This document shows, one piece after another, positions 23,491 to 35,006 of a DNA stretch of 64,000 nt (position 1 is the first letter of the stretch; every line of letters starts with the position of its first letter). The DNA comes from Squalus acanthias (taxonomy: Eukaryota), in contig JASTWF010000088.1 in NCBI GenBank assembly GCA_030390025.1, positions 992,001-1,056,000 of the forward strand, written 5' to 3'. The notes beneath the pieces were generated by a model, which saw only the letters and a program-made list of their open reading frames with translations, was not told the origin of the DNA and did no database searches. Position numbers and translations under genes: made by a program.

Positions 23491-24447
23491 ATGGGAGAGC
23501 AGGTGATGTGTTACTGCTGCAATATGTGGGAGCTGGTGGACACCATTGATGTTCACGGTGAACACATTTGCAGTAAGTGTTGGCTGCTCGAGGAACTCCG
23601 GCTCCGTGTTGATGAGCTGGAGTCCGAGCTTCAAACACTGCGACACATCAGGGAGGGGGAGAGTTACCTGGACTCCGTGTTTCAGGAGGTAGTCACACCA
23701 ATTAGAGTAACTAATTCAGAAGTAGCCCGTGGTCAGGGACAGGAAGGTGTGACTACGAGTGAGGCAGGTACAGGGATCCAGGAGGTAGTGTTGGAGGAGC
23801 CGCAGCCCTTGCTCTTGTCCAACAGGTTCGAGGCTCTTACTCCCTGTGTGGATAGGAGCGGGGACTGCAGGGAGGATGAGCAACCTGGCCACAGCACCGT
23901 GGTAAGGGGGGCCATTCAAGTGGGGGGAGTAAAAAGAAATGTTGTAGTGGTAGGGGATAGTATCATTAGGGGGATAGATAGGGTTCTTTGCAGCCAAAAG
24001 CGAGAGTCCCGAAGGCTGTGTTGCCTGCCCGGTGCCAGGGTTAAGAACATCTCCTCTGGGCTGGAGAGAAACTTGGAGTGGGAGGGGGAGGATCCAGTTG
24101 TCGTGGTCCATGTTGGTACCAATGACATAGATAGGACAAGGAAAGAGGTTCTGCTGAGGGAGTTTGAGCAGCTAGGGGCCAAATTAAAAAGCAGAACCTC
24201 GAGGGTAATAATCTCTGGATTACTACCTGAGCCACGAGCAAATTTGGCTAGGGTAAATAAAATCAGGGAGTTGAATGCGTGGCTCAAAGACTGGTGTGGG
24301 AAAAATGGGTTTTGCTTCTTGGGACACTGGCACCAGTACTGGGGCAGGAGAGAGCTGTTCCGTTGGGACGGACTTCACTTGGCCAGTGCTGGGACTAGTG
24401 TCCTGGCGAATCGAATAACTAGGGCTGTGGAGAGGGCTTTAAACTAA
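23491..24447 (+). CDS. CR1 ORF1p: zinc finger/leucine zipper plus SGNH/GDSL esterase, 318 aa
   Basis: CYCC...ICSKC, heptad LEELRLRVDELESEL, esterase blocks VVGDSIIR, PGA, HVGTND, DGLHL. Confidence 0.95.
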   Translation: MGEQVMCYCCNMWELVDTIDVHGEHICSKCWLLEELRLRVDELESELQTLRHIREGESYLDSVFQEVVTPIRVTNSEVARGQGQEGVTTSEAGTGIQEVVLEEPQPLLLSNRFEALTPCVDRSGDCREDEQPGHSTVVRGAIQVGGVKRNVVVVGDSIIRGIDRVLCSQKRESRRLCCLPGARVKNISSGLERNLEWEGEDPVVVVHVGTNDIDRTRKEVLLREFEQLGAKLKSRTSRVIISGLLPEPRANLARVNKIRELNAWLKDWCGKNGFCFLGHWHQYWGRRELFRWDGLHLASAGTSVLANRITRAVERALN

Positions 24448-24485
24448 TTAGTGGGGGGGAGGTTTCAAGAGAGCAAAAAATAAAA

Positions 24486-27437
24486 ATGACAACAGAGAGG
24501 GTCATAGACATAGGTAGCAGTAGGGGAATCACAAATCAGAGCGTGGCAGGAAGGGACAGAGTGTGTGGAGTAAAAGGTAAACTGGTAAAAAGTGAAAAAG
24601 CAGGAACTAAGTGCCACAAAGCATATTTGAAAGTTCTCTATCTGAATGCACGTAGCATTCGTAACAAAATAGACGAGTTAATGGCACAAATAACTACATA
24701 TGGTTATGATATTGTGGCCATTACAGAAACATGGCTGCAGGGTGACAATGCCTGGGAATTAAACATACCAGGTTATTTAACGATCAGGAAGGACAGGCAG
24801 GAAGGAAGGGGAGGTGGGGTGGCTATGTTAATAAAGGAAGGAATCACTGTAATACAGAGTAATGATATTGGGTCAAAAAATCATGATAATGAAACAGTTT
24901 GGGTGGAGATAAGGAATAATAAGGGGAAACAAACATTAGTGGGCGTAGTCTATAGGCCTCCGAACAGTTGCAACTCTATTGGACGGAGTATCAATCAGGA
25001 AATAGTTGAGGCATGTAATAAGGGAACATCTATAATTATGGGGGATTTTAACTATCATATTAATTGGACAAATCAAATGGGGCAGGGCTGCCTTGAGGAT
25101 GAGTTCATTGAGTGTATTAGGGATGGGTTTCTTGAGCAGTATGTAACTGAACCGACCAGGGGGCAAGCAACCTTAGATCTGGTCCTGTGTAACGAGACAG
25201 GATTAATTAAAAATGTCCTAGTAAAGGATCCCCTTGGAATGAGTGACCATAACATGGTTGAATTCCATATTCAATTAGAGGGTGAGAAGGTTGGATCTCA
25301 AACAAGCGTGCTAAGCTTGAATAAAGGAGACTATGAAGGTATGCGAGCGGAATTGAGTAGAGTGGATTGGGAAAATAGATTAAAGGGTAAGACGACACAT
25401 GATCAGTGGTGTACATTCAAGGAGTTATTTTACAACTTCCAAAAAAAATATATTCCACTGAAAAGAAAAGGGTGTAAAAGAAAGGACAGTCATCCGTGGC
25501 TAAGTAAAGAAATTAAGGATAGTATTCGACTAAAAACAAGGGCATATAAGGTAGCGAAATCTAGTGGGAGGACAGAGGATTGGGAAAACTTTAAAAGGCA
25601 GCAAAAAATAACAAAAAAAAAGATTAAGAAAGGGAAGATAGATTATGAAAGTAAATTAGCAAAAAATATAAAAACAGATAGTAAGAGTTTTTATAGTTAT
25701 ATAAAAAGAAAAAGGGTGGCTAAAGTAAATGTTGGTCCCTTAGAGGATGAGACCGGGAAATTAATGGTGGGAAATATGGAGATGGCAAAAACACTGAATG
25801 AATATTTTGTATCAGTCTTTACAGTAGAGGACACTAAGAATATCCCAACACTGGACAAACAGGGGGCTATAGGGGGAGAGGAGCTAAACACGATCAAAAT
25901 CACTAAGGAAGTGGTACTCGGTAAAATAATGGGACTCAAGGCGGATAAATCACCTGGACCTGATGGCTTACATCCTAGAGTCTTGAAGGAAGTGGCGGTA
26001 GGGATTGTAGATGCATTGGTAATAATTTTTCAAAACTCCCTGGATTCCGCTAAGGTCCCGGCAGACTGGAAAACTGCTAATGTAACACCCTTATTTAAAA
26101 AGGGCAGTAGACAGAAGGCTGGTAACTATAGACCGGTTAGCCTAACATCTGTGGTAGGTAAAATTTTGGAGTCCATTATTAAGGAAACAGTAACAGGACA
26201 TTTGGATAATCATAATTTAATAGGACAAAGTCAGCATGGTTTTACGAAGGGGAAGTCATGTTTGACAAATTTGCTGGAGTTCTTTGAGGAAGTAACATAT
26301 AGAGTGGATAAAGGGGAACCAGTGGACGTAGTGTATTTAGACTTCCAAAAGGCATTTGACAAGGTGCCACACAAAAGATTATTGCTTAAGGTAAAAAATC
26401 ACGGGATTGGGGGTAATATTCTGGCATGGATAGAGGATTGGCTATCTAACAGAAAGCAAAGAGTTGGGATAAATGGTTCATTCTCAGACTGGCAATCAGT
26501 AACTAGTGGTGTTCCACAGGGGTCAGTGCTGGGTCCCCAACTCTTCACAATCTATATTAACGATTTGGAGGAAGGGACCAAGTGTAACATATCAAAATTT
26601 GCAGATGATACAAAGATGGGAGGGAAAGTAGTGAGTGAGGAGGACATAAAAAACCTGCAAGGGGACATAGACAGGCTAAGTAAGTGGGCAGAGATTTGGC
26701 AGATGGAATACAACACTGGAAAGTGTGAGGTGATGCACTTTGGCAGGAAAAATCCTAGAGCAATTTATTATCTTAATGGCAAGAAACTGGAGAGTACTGA
26801 AGTGCAAAGGGATCTGGGGGTCCTGGTGCACGAAACTCAAAAGGTTAGTATGCAGGTGCAGCAAGTGATTAAGAAGGCAAATGGAATGTTGGCTTTCATT
26901 GCTAGGGGGATAGAATATAAAAATAGGGAGGTATTGCTTCAGTTGTACAAGGTATTGGTGAGACCGCACCTGGAATACTGCATACAGTTTTGGTGTCCTT
27001 ACTTAAGGAAAGACATCCTTGCTCTCGAAGCAGTGCAAAAAAGGTTCACTCGGTTAATCCCGGGGATGAGGGGGTGGTCATATGAGGAGAGGTTGGGTAG
27101 ATTGGGACTCTACTCATTGGAGTTCAGAAGAATGAGAGGCGATCTTATTGAAACATATAAGATTGTGAAGGGGTTGGATCGGGTGGATGCGGGGAGGATG
27201 TTCCCGATGACGGGTGAGACGAGAACTAGGGGACATAGTCTTAGAATAAGGGGCTGCTCTTTCAAAACTGAGATGAGGAGGAACTACTTCACTCAGAGGG
27301 TGGTAGGTCCATGGAATATGCTGCCACAAAAAGCTGTAGAAGCTACAACATTAATTAAATTTAAAACAGAAATAGACAGTTTCCTAGAAGTAAAGGGCAT
27401 TAAGGGTTACGGGGAGCGGGCAGGAATTTGGACATGA
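24486..27437 (+). CDS. CR1 ORF2p: APE endonuclease plus reverse transcriptase, 983 aa
   Basis: EN motifs YLNARS, ITETWL, YRPP, MGDFN, SDH; RT motifs KSPGPDG, NYRPVSL, QHGF, YLDFQKAFD, GVPQGSVLGP, FADD; no stops. Confidence 0.97.
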   Translation: MTTERVIDIGSSRGITNQSVAGRDRVCGVKGKLVKSEKAGTKCHKAYLKVLYLNARSIRNKIDELMAQITTYGYDIVAITETWLQGDNAWELNIPGYLTIRKDRQEGRGGGVAMLIKEGITVIQSNDIGSKNHDNETVWVEIRNNKGKQTLVGVVYRPPNSCNSIGRSINQEIVEACNKGTSIIMGDFNYHINWTNQMGQGCLEDEFIECIRDGFLEQYVTEPTRGQATLDLVLCNETGLIKNVLVKDPLGMSDHNMVEFHIQLEGEKVGSQTSVLSLNKGDYEGMRAELSRVDWENRLKGKTTHDQWCTFKELFYNFQKKYIPLKRKGCKRKDSHPWLSKEIKDSIRLKTRAYKVAKSSGRTEDWENFKRQQKITKKKIKKGKIDYESKLAKNIKTDSKSFYSYIKRKRVAKVNVGPLEDETGKLMVGNMEMAKTLNEYFVSVFTVEDTKNIPTLDKQGAIGGEELNTIKITKEVVLGKIMGLKADKSPGPDGLHPRVLKEVAVGIVDALVIIFQNSLDSAKVPADWKTANVTPLFKKGSRQKAGNYRPVSLTSVVGKILESIIKETVTGHLDNHNLIGQSQHGFTKGKSCLTNLLEFFEEVTYRVDKGEPVDVVYLDFQKAFDKVPHKRLLLKVKNHGIGGNILAWIEDWLSNRKQRVGINGSFSDWQSVTSGVPQGSVLGPQLFTIYINDLEEGTKCNISKFADDTKMGGKVVSEEDIKNLQGDIDRLSKWAEIWQMEYNTGKCEVMHFGRKNPRAIYYLNGKKLESTEVQRDLGVLVHETQKVSMQVQQVIKKANGMLAFIARGIEYKNREVLLQLYKVLVRPHLEYCIQFWCPYLRKDILALEAVQKRFTRLIPGMRGWSYEERLGRLGLYSLEFRRMRGDLIETYKIVKGLDRVDAGRMFPMTGETRTRGHSLRIRGCSFKTEMRRNYFTQRVVGPWNMLPQKAVEATTLIKFKTEIDSFLEVKGIKGYGERAGIWT

Positions 27438-27676
27438 GTCTAGGTTCGGATCGGTCATGTCCCTGTGGGTAGTGGAGCGGGCCCAGGGACTGTGTAGCCT
27501 GATTCTGCTCCTATTTCGTGTGTGCAATTCTGTTAGATGCAGGAGATGGTTCTGTGATAGATAGTAGATTGGCGGTTAGGATCAGATCAGCCATGATCTT
27601 ATTGAATGGCGGAGCAGGCTCGAGGGGCCGATTGGCCTACTCCTGCTCCTATTTCTTATGTTCTTATGTTCTTATG

Positions 27677-30600
27677 TGTGAGTTGGATCGGGTGCTGTGA
27701 GCTGGATCGGGTGGTGTGAGTTGGATCGCGTGGTGTGAGTTGGATCGGGTGGTGTGAGTTGGATCGGGTGGTGTGAGTGGGATCGGGTGGTGTGAGTGGG
27801 ATCGGGTGGTGTGAGTTGGATCGGGTGGTGTGAGTTGGATCGGGTGGTGTGAGTTGGATCGGGTGGTGTGAGTTGGATCGGGTGGTGTGAGTTGGATCGG
27901 GTGGTGTGAGTTGGATCTTGTGGTGTGAGTTGGATCGGGTGGTGTGTGATGGATCGGGTGGTGTGAGTGGGATCGGGTGGTGTGAGTGGGATCGAGTGGT
28001 GTGAGTTGGATCGGGTGGTGTGAGTGGGATCGGGTGATGTGAGTGGGATCGGGCGGTGTGACTTGGATCGGGCGGTGTTAGTTGGATCGGGTGGTGTGAG
28101 CGGGATCGGGTGGTGTGAGCGGGATTGGGTGGTGGGATTTGGATCGGTTGGTGTGAGCGGGATCGGGTGGTGTGAGCGGGATCGGGTGGTGTGAGTGGGA
28201 TCGGGTGGTGCGAGTTGGATCGGGTGGTGTGAGTGGGATCGGGTGGTGTGAGTGGGATCGGGTGGTGTGAGTTGGATCGGGTGGTGTGAGTTGGATCGGG
28301 TGGTGTGAGTTGGATCGGGTGGTGTGAGTTGGATCGGGTGGTGTGAGCGGTATCGTGTGGTGTGAGTTGGATCGGGTGGTGTGAGCTGGATCGGGTGGTG
28401 TGAGCTGGATCGGGTGGTGTGAGTTGGATCGGGTGGTGTGAGTTGGATCGGGTGGTGTGAGTTGGATCGGGTGGTGTGAGTTGGATCGGGTGGTGTGAGC
28501 TGGATCGCGTGGTGTGAGCGGGATCGGGTGGTGTGAGTTGGATCGGGTGGTGTGAGTTGGATCGGGTGGTGTGAGTGGGATCGGCTGGTGTGAGTTGGAT
28601 CGGGTGGTGTGAGTGGGATCGGGTGGTGTGAGTTGGATCGGGTGGTGTGAGCGGGATCGGGTGGTGTGAGTTGGATCGGGTGGTGTGAGTTGGATCGGGT
28701 GGTGTGAGTTGGATCGGGTGGTGTGAGTTGGATCGGGTGGTGTGAGTTGGATCGGGTGGTGTGAGCGGGATCGGGTGGTGTGAGTTGGATCGGGTGCTGT
28801 GAGTTGGATCGGGTGGTGTGAGTTGGATCGGGTGGTGTGAGTTGGATCAAGTGGTGTGAGTGGGATCGGGTGGTGTGAGTTGGATCGGATGGTGTGAGTG
28901 GGATCGGGTGGTGTGAGTGGGATCGGGTGGTGTGAGTTGGATCGGGTGGTGTGAGTTGGATCGGGTGGTGTGAGCTGGATCGGGAGGTGTGAGTTGGATC
29001 GGGTGGTGTGAGTTGGATCGGGTGGTGTGAGTGTGTTCGGGTGGTGTGAGTTGGATCGGGTGGTGTGAGCTGGATCGGATGCTGTGAGTGGGATCGGGTG
29101 GTGTGAGCTGGATCGGGTGGTGTGAGTTGGATCGGGTGGTGTGAGTTGGATCGGGTGGTGTGAGTGGGATCGGGTGGTGTGAGTTGGATCGGGTGGTGTG
29201 TGTTGGATCGGGTGGTGTGAGTTGGATCGGGTGGTGTGAGCTGGATCGGGTGGTGTGAGTGGGATCGGGTGGTGTGAGTTGGATCGGGTGGTGTGAGTGG
29301 GATCGGGTGGTGTGAGTGGGATCGGGTGGTGTGAGTTGGATCGGGTGTTGTGAGTTGGATCGGGTGGTGTGAGTTGGATCGGGTGGTGTGAGTTGGATCG
29401 GGTGGTGTGTGTGGGATCGGGTGGTGTGAGTTGGATCGGGTGGTGTGAGTTGGATCGGGTGGTGTGAGCTGGATCGGGTGGTGTGAGTGGGATCGGGTGG
29501 TGTGAGTGGGATCGGGTGGTGTGAGTGGGATCGGGTGGTGTGAGTTGGATCGGGTGGTGTGAGTTGGATCGGGTGGTGTGAGTTGGATCGGGTGGTGTGA
29601 GCTGGATCGGGTGGTGTGAGCGGGATCGGGTGGTGTGAGTTGGATCGGGTGGTGTGAGTTGGATCGGGTGGTGTGAGCTGGATCGGGTGGTGTGAGTGGA
29701 TCGGGTGGTGTGAGTTGGATCGGGTGGTGTGAGTTGGATCGGGTGGTGTGAGTTGGATCGGGTGGTGTGAGTTGGATCGGGTGGTGTGAGTTGGATCGGG
29801 TGGTGTGAGTGGGATCGGGTGGTGTGAGTTGGATCGGGTGGTGTGAGTTGGATCGGGTGGTGTGAGTTGGATCGGGTGGTGTGAGTTGGATCGGGTGGTG
29901 TGAGTGGGATCGGGTGGTGTGAGTGGGATCGGGTGGTGTGAGTTGGATCGGGTGGTGTGAGTTGGATCGGGTGGTGTGAGTTGGATCGGGTGGTGTGAGT
30001 TGGATCGGGTGGTGTGAGTTGGATCGGGTGGTGTGAGTTGGATCGGGTGGTGTGAGTTGGATCGGGTGGTGTGAGTTGGATCGGGTGGTGTGAGTGGGAT
30101 CGGGTGGTGTGAGTGGGATCGGGTGGTGTGAGTGGGATCGGGTGGTGTGAGTGGGATCGGGTGGTGTGAGTGGATCGGGTGGTGTGAGTTGGATCGGGTG
30201 GTGTGAGTGGGGATCGGGTGGTGTGAGTGGGATCGGGTGTGTGAGTTGGATCGGGTGGTGTGAGTTGGATCGGGTGGTGTGAGTTGGATCGGTGGCTGTG
30301 AGTTGGATCGGGTGGGTGGTGAGTTGGATCGGGTGGTGTGAGTTGGATCGGGTGGTGTGAGTTGGATCGGGTGTGTGTTGGACGGTGTGGAGCGGATCGG
30401 GGCTGGGGTGAGCTTGGGATCGGGTGGTGTGAGTGGGATCGGTGTGTGAGTGGGATCAGTGTTGAGTTGGATCGGGTGGTGTGAGTGGGATCGGGTGGTG
30501 TGAGTGGGATCGGGTGGTGTGAGTGGGATCGGGTGGTGTGAGTTGGATCGGGTGGTGTGAGTTGGATCGGGTGGTGTGAGTTGGATCGGTGTGGTGAGCG

Positions 30601-33600
30601 GGATCGGGTGGTGTGAGTTGGATCGGGTGGTGTGAGTGGGGATCGGGTGGTGTGAGTGGGATCGGGTGGTGTGAGTGGATCGGGTGGTGTGAGTGGGATC
30701 GGGTGGTGTGAGTTGGATCGGGTGGTGTGAGTTGGATCGGGTGGTGTGAGTGGGATCGGGTGGTGTGAGTGGGATCGGGTGGTGTGAGTTGGATCGGGTG
30801 GTGTGAGCTGGATCGGGTGGTGTGAGTGGGATCGGGTGGTGTGAGTGGGATCGGGTGGTGTGAGTTGGATCGGGTGGTGGTGAGTTGGATCGGGTGGTGT
30901 GAGTTGGATCGGGTGGTGTGAGCGGGATCGGGTGGTGTGAGCTGGATGGATCGGGTGGTGTGAGTGGGATCGGGTGGTGTGAGTGGATCGGTGGTGTGAG
31001 TTGGATCGGGTGGTGTGAGTGGGATCGGGTGGTGTGAGTTGGATCGGGTGGTGTGAGTGGGATCGGGTGGTGTGAGTGGATCGGGTGGTGTGAGTTGGAT
31101 CGGGTGGTGTGAGTGGGATCGGGTGGTGTGAGTTGGATCGGGTGGTGTGAGTGGGATCGGGGTGGTGTGAGTGGATCGGGTGGTGTGAGTGGATCGGGTG
31201 TGAGTGGGATCGGGTGGTGTGAGTTGGATCGGGTGGTGTGAGTTGGATCGGGTGGTGTGAGTTGGATCGGGTGGTGTGAGTTGGATCGGGTGGTGTGAGT
31301 TGGATCGGTGGTGTGAGCTGGATCGGGTGGTGTGAGTTGGATCGGGTGGTGTGAGTGGATCGGGTGGTGTGAGTGGATCGGGTGGTGTGAGCTTGGATCG
31401 GGTGGTGTGAGTTGGATCGGGTGGTGTGAGTTGGATCGGGTGGTGTGAGTTGGATCGGGTGGTGTGAGCTGGGATCGGTGGTGTGAGTTGGATCGGGTGG
31501 TGTGAGTTGGATCGGGTGGTGTGAGCTGGGATCGGGTGGTGTGAGTGGATCGGGTGGTGTGAGCTGGATCGGGTGGTGTGAGTTGGATCGGGTGGTGTGA
31601 GTTGGATCGGGTGGTGTGAGTGGATCGGGTGGTGTGAGTTGGATCGGGTGTTGTGAGTTGGATCGGGTGGTGTGAGTTGGATCGGGTGGTTTGGGATCGG
31701 GTGGTGTGAGTGGGATCGGGTGGTGTAAGTTGGATCGGGTGGTGTGAGTTGGATCGGGTTGTGTGAGTGGGATCGGGTGGTGTGAGTGGGATTCGGGTGG
31801 TGTGAGTGGATCGGGTGGTCGTGAGTGGGATCGGGTGGTGTGAGTTGGATGGGTGGTGTGAGTTGGATCGGGTGGTGTGCTGGATCGGTGGTGTGAGTTG
31901 GATCGGGCTGTGTGAGCTGGATCGGGTGGTGTGAGTTGGATCGGGTGGTGTGAGTTGGATCGTGGTGGTGTGAGTGGACTCGGGTGGTGTGAGAGGGATC
32001 GGGTGGTAGTGAGTTGGATCGGGTGGTGTGAGTTGGATCGGGTGGTGGGTTGGAACTCGGGTGGTGTGATGAGTGGGATCGGGTGGGTGTGAGCGGGATC
32101 GGGTGGTGTGAGTTGGATCAGGTGGTTTGTGAGTGGGATCGGGTGGTGTGAGTGGGATCGGGTGGTGTGAGTGGGATCGGGTGGTGTGAGTGGGATCGGG
32201 TGGTGTGAGTTGGATCGGGTGGTGTGAGTTGGATCGGGTGGTGTGAGTGATCGGGTGGTGTGAGTGGGATCGGGTGGTGTGAGTGGGATCGGGTGGTGTG
32301 AGTGGGATCGGGTGGTGTGAGTGGGATCGGGTGGTGTGAGTTGGATCGGGTGGTGTGAGTTGGATCGGGTGGTGTGGGATCGGGTGGTGTGAGTTGGATC
32401 GTGTGGTGTGAGCGGGATCGGGTGGTGTGAGTTGGATCGGGTGGTGTGAGTTGGATCGGGTCGTGTGAGTTGGATCGGGTGCTGTGAGTGGGACGGGTGG
32501 TGTGAGTGGGATCGGGTGGTGTGAGTGGGATCGGGTGGTGTGAGTTGGATCGGGTGGTGTGAGTGGGATCCGGTGGTGTGAGCTGGATCGGCTGGTGTGA
32601 GTTGGATCGGGTGTGGTGAGTGGGATCGGGTGGTGTGAGTGGGATCAGGTGGTGTGAGTGGGATCGGGTGGTGTGAGTGGGATCGGGTGGTGTGAGCGGG
32701 ATCGGGTGGTGTGAGTTGGATCGGGTGCTGTGAGTTGGATCGTGTGGTGTGAGTTGGATCGGGTGGTGTGAGTGGGATCGGGTGGTGTGAGCGGGATCGG
32801 GTGGTGTGAGTTGGATCAAGTGGTGTGAGTGGGATCGGGTGGTGTGAGTGGGATCGGGTGGTGTGAGTGGGATCGGGTGGTGTGAGTGGGATCGGGTGGT
32901 GTGAGTTGGATCGGGTGGTGTGAGTTGGATCGGGTGGTGTGAGTGTGATCGGGTGGTGTGAGTGGGATCGGGTGGTGTGAGTGGGATCGGGTGGTGTGAG
33001 TGGGATCGGGTGGTGTGAGTGGGATCGGGTGGTGTGAGTTGGATCGGGTGGTGTGAGTTGGATCGGGTGGTGTGAGTGGGATCGGGTGGTGTGAGTTGGA
33101 TCGTGTGGTGTGAGCGGGATCGGGTGGTGTGAGTTGGATCGGGTGGTGTGAGTTGGATCGGGTCGTGTGAGTTGGATCGGGTGCTGTGAGTGGGATCGGG
33201 TGGTGTGAGTGGGATCGGGTGGTGTGAGTGGGATCGGGTGGTGTGAGTTGGATCGGGTGGTGTGAGTGGGATCCGGTGGTGTGAGCTGGATCGGCTGGTG
33301 TGAGTTGGATCGGGTGTGGTGAGTGGGATCGGGTGGTGTGAGTGGGATCAGGTGGTGTGAGTGGGATCGGGTGGTGTGAGTGGGATCGGGTGGTGTGAGT
33401 GGGATCGGGTGGTGTGAGTTGGATCGGGTGGTGTGAGTGGGATCGGGTGGTGTGAGTTGGATCGGGTGGTGTGAGTGGGATCGGGTGGTGTGAGTTGGAT
33501 CGGGTGGTGTGGGTTGGATCGGCTGGTGTGAATGCGATCGGGTGGTGTGAGTTGGATCGGGTGGTGTGAGTGGGATCGGGTGGTGTGAGGGGGATCGGGT

Positions 33601-34470
33601 GGTGTGAGTGGGATCGGGTGGTGTGAGTTGGATCGGGTGGTGTGAGTTGGATCGGGTGGTGTGAGTTGGATCGGGTGGTGTGAGTGGGATCGGGTGGTGT
33701 GAGTTGGATCGGGTGGTGTGGGTTGGATCGGCTGGTGTGAGTTGGATCGGGTGGTGTGAGTGGGATCGGGTGGTGTGAGTGGGATCGGGTGGTGTGAGTG
33801 GGATCGGGTGGTGTGAGTGGGATCGGGTGGTGTGAGTGGGATCGGGTGGTGTGAGTTGGATCGGGTGGTGTGAGTAGGATCGGGTGGTGTGAGTGGGATC
33901 GGGTGGTGTGAGTTGGATCGTGTGGTGTGAGCGGGATCGGGTGGTGTGAGTTGGATCGGGTGGTGTGAGTTGGATCGGGTCGTGTGAGTTGGATCGGGTG
34001 CTGTGAGTGGGATCGGGTGGTGTGAGTGGGATCGGGTGGTGTGAGTGGGATCGGGTGGTGTGAGTTGGATCGGGTGGTGTGAGTTGGATCGGGTGGTGTG
34101 AGTTGGATCGGTGGTGTGAGTGGGATCGGGTGGTGTGAGTTGGATCGGGTGGTGTGAGTTGGATCGGGTGGTGTGAGTTGGATCGGGTGGAGTGAGTTGG
34201 ATCGGGTGGTGTGAGTTGGATCGGGTGGTGTGAGTGGGATCGGGTGGTGTGAGTTGGATCGGGTGGTGTGTGTGGGATTGGGTGGTGTGAGTTGGATCGG
34301 GTGGTGTGGGTTGGATCGGCTGGTGTGAGTGGGATCGGGTGGTGTGAGTTGGATCGGGTGGTGTGAGTGGGATCGGGTGGTGTGAGTGGGATCGGGTGGT
34401 GTGAGTTGGATGCGGTGGTGTGAGTGGGATCGGGTGGTGTGAGAGGGATCGGGTGGTGTGAGCTGGGTGG
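27677..34470. repeat. 19-bp G-rich satellite, right arm, about 360 units by length
   Basis: Same unit as the left arm; indel-rich between ~30150 and ~32150. Confidence 0.98.
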
Positions 34471-34807
34471 TTGAAGGTGGCAGGCATTACATGTGAATGT
34501 TTTGTTACAAAGCTGTCCAGACTACAGTCTGGGATTTGCAGTGGGAACAGAGCGAGGGCTCACTGCTCTCTTGCTTCCTCTGACATCTTTTGATGTGACT
34601 TGTGTCCAGTCTAAAATTAAAAGTACAGCATAAAACTCAGGTCTGTGAACTAGCAGGGCAGACGCTGCAGACTAACTGCGAACTGTAGATGAATAAACAC
34701 TCTGGAATGGGTGGTGAGTGTGTGCTGCTGGTGAACATGTATTGATCGGCCAAGGGCTCTGCTAACTTACCCTGTGCCAACTGATAGTGAAAGAGTTGGG
34801 ATGTGAG

Positions 34808-35006
34808 TGAGTCATGCTGATGTGAGCAGTACAGCACGGAGGGGATTTCCAGTCCAACAGTCCCTGTTTACCAGAGTCAACCCCTCTCCTTCACTCCTTT
34901 TCTCTCTTACAAAGAGCGGGCACCCCGAGCACCAGTGATTTGAAAGGAGCGGTGGCAGTGAGCCACAGCTGACACCAGATGAACAGAGGGAAAACTGAAA
35001 AAGTGA
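34808..35006. promoter_or_regulatory. Candidate inducible enhancer: AP-1, NF-kB and ISRE motifs
   Basis: TGAGTCA 34808-34814, GGGGATTTCC 34841-34850, GAAAACTGAAAA 34990-35001, inside a non-repetitive island. Confidence 0.5.

Larger units (their letters stand above)
23006..27676 (+). mobile_element. Full-length, apparently intact CR1 LINE inserted in the satellite
   Basis: 5' UTR with 76-bp monomers, uninterrupted ORF1 and ORF2, 3' stem-loop region and (TTCTTATG)n tail. Confidence 0.97.

Noticed and set aside
7566-34470. Satellite as interstitial telomere
   Set aside because: No TTAGGG units; only general G/T richness.
8620-34487. Giant His/Pro/Thr-rich ORFs (3012, 791, 673, 468 aa etc.) resembling mucins or extensins
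   Set aside because: The C-rich strand of the 19-bp unit lacks stop codons in all frames. Most of these ORFs overlap in several frames and begin at non-ATG codons, so they are satellite artefacts.
34689-34719. ATG...GGTG|GTGAGT as leader exon for the alpha3 exon
   Set aside because: Phase is compatible but the peptide (MNKHSGMG) is not a signal peptide; no SXY module upstream.
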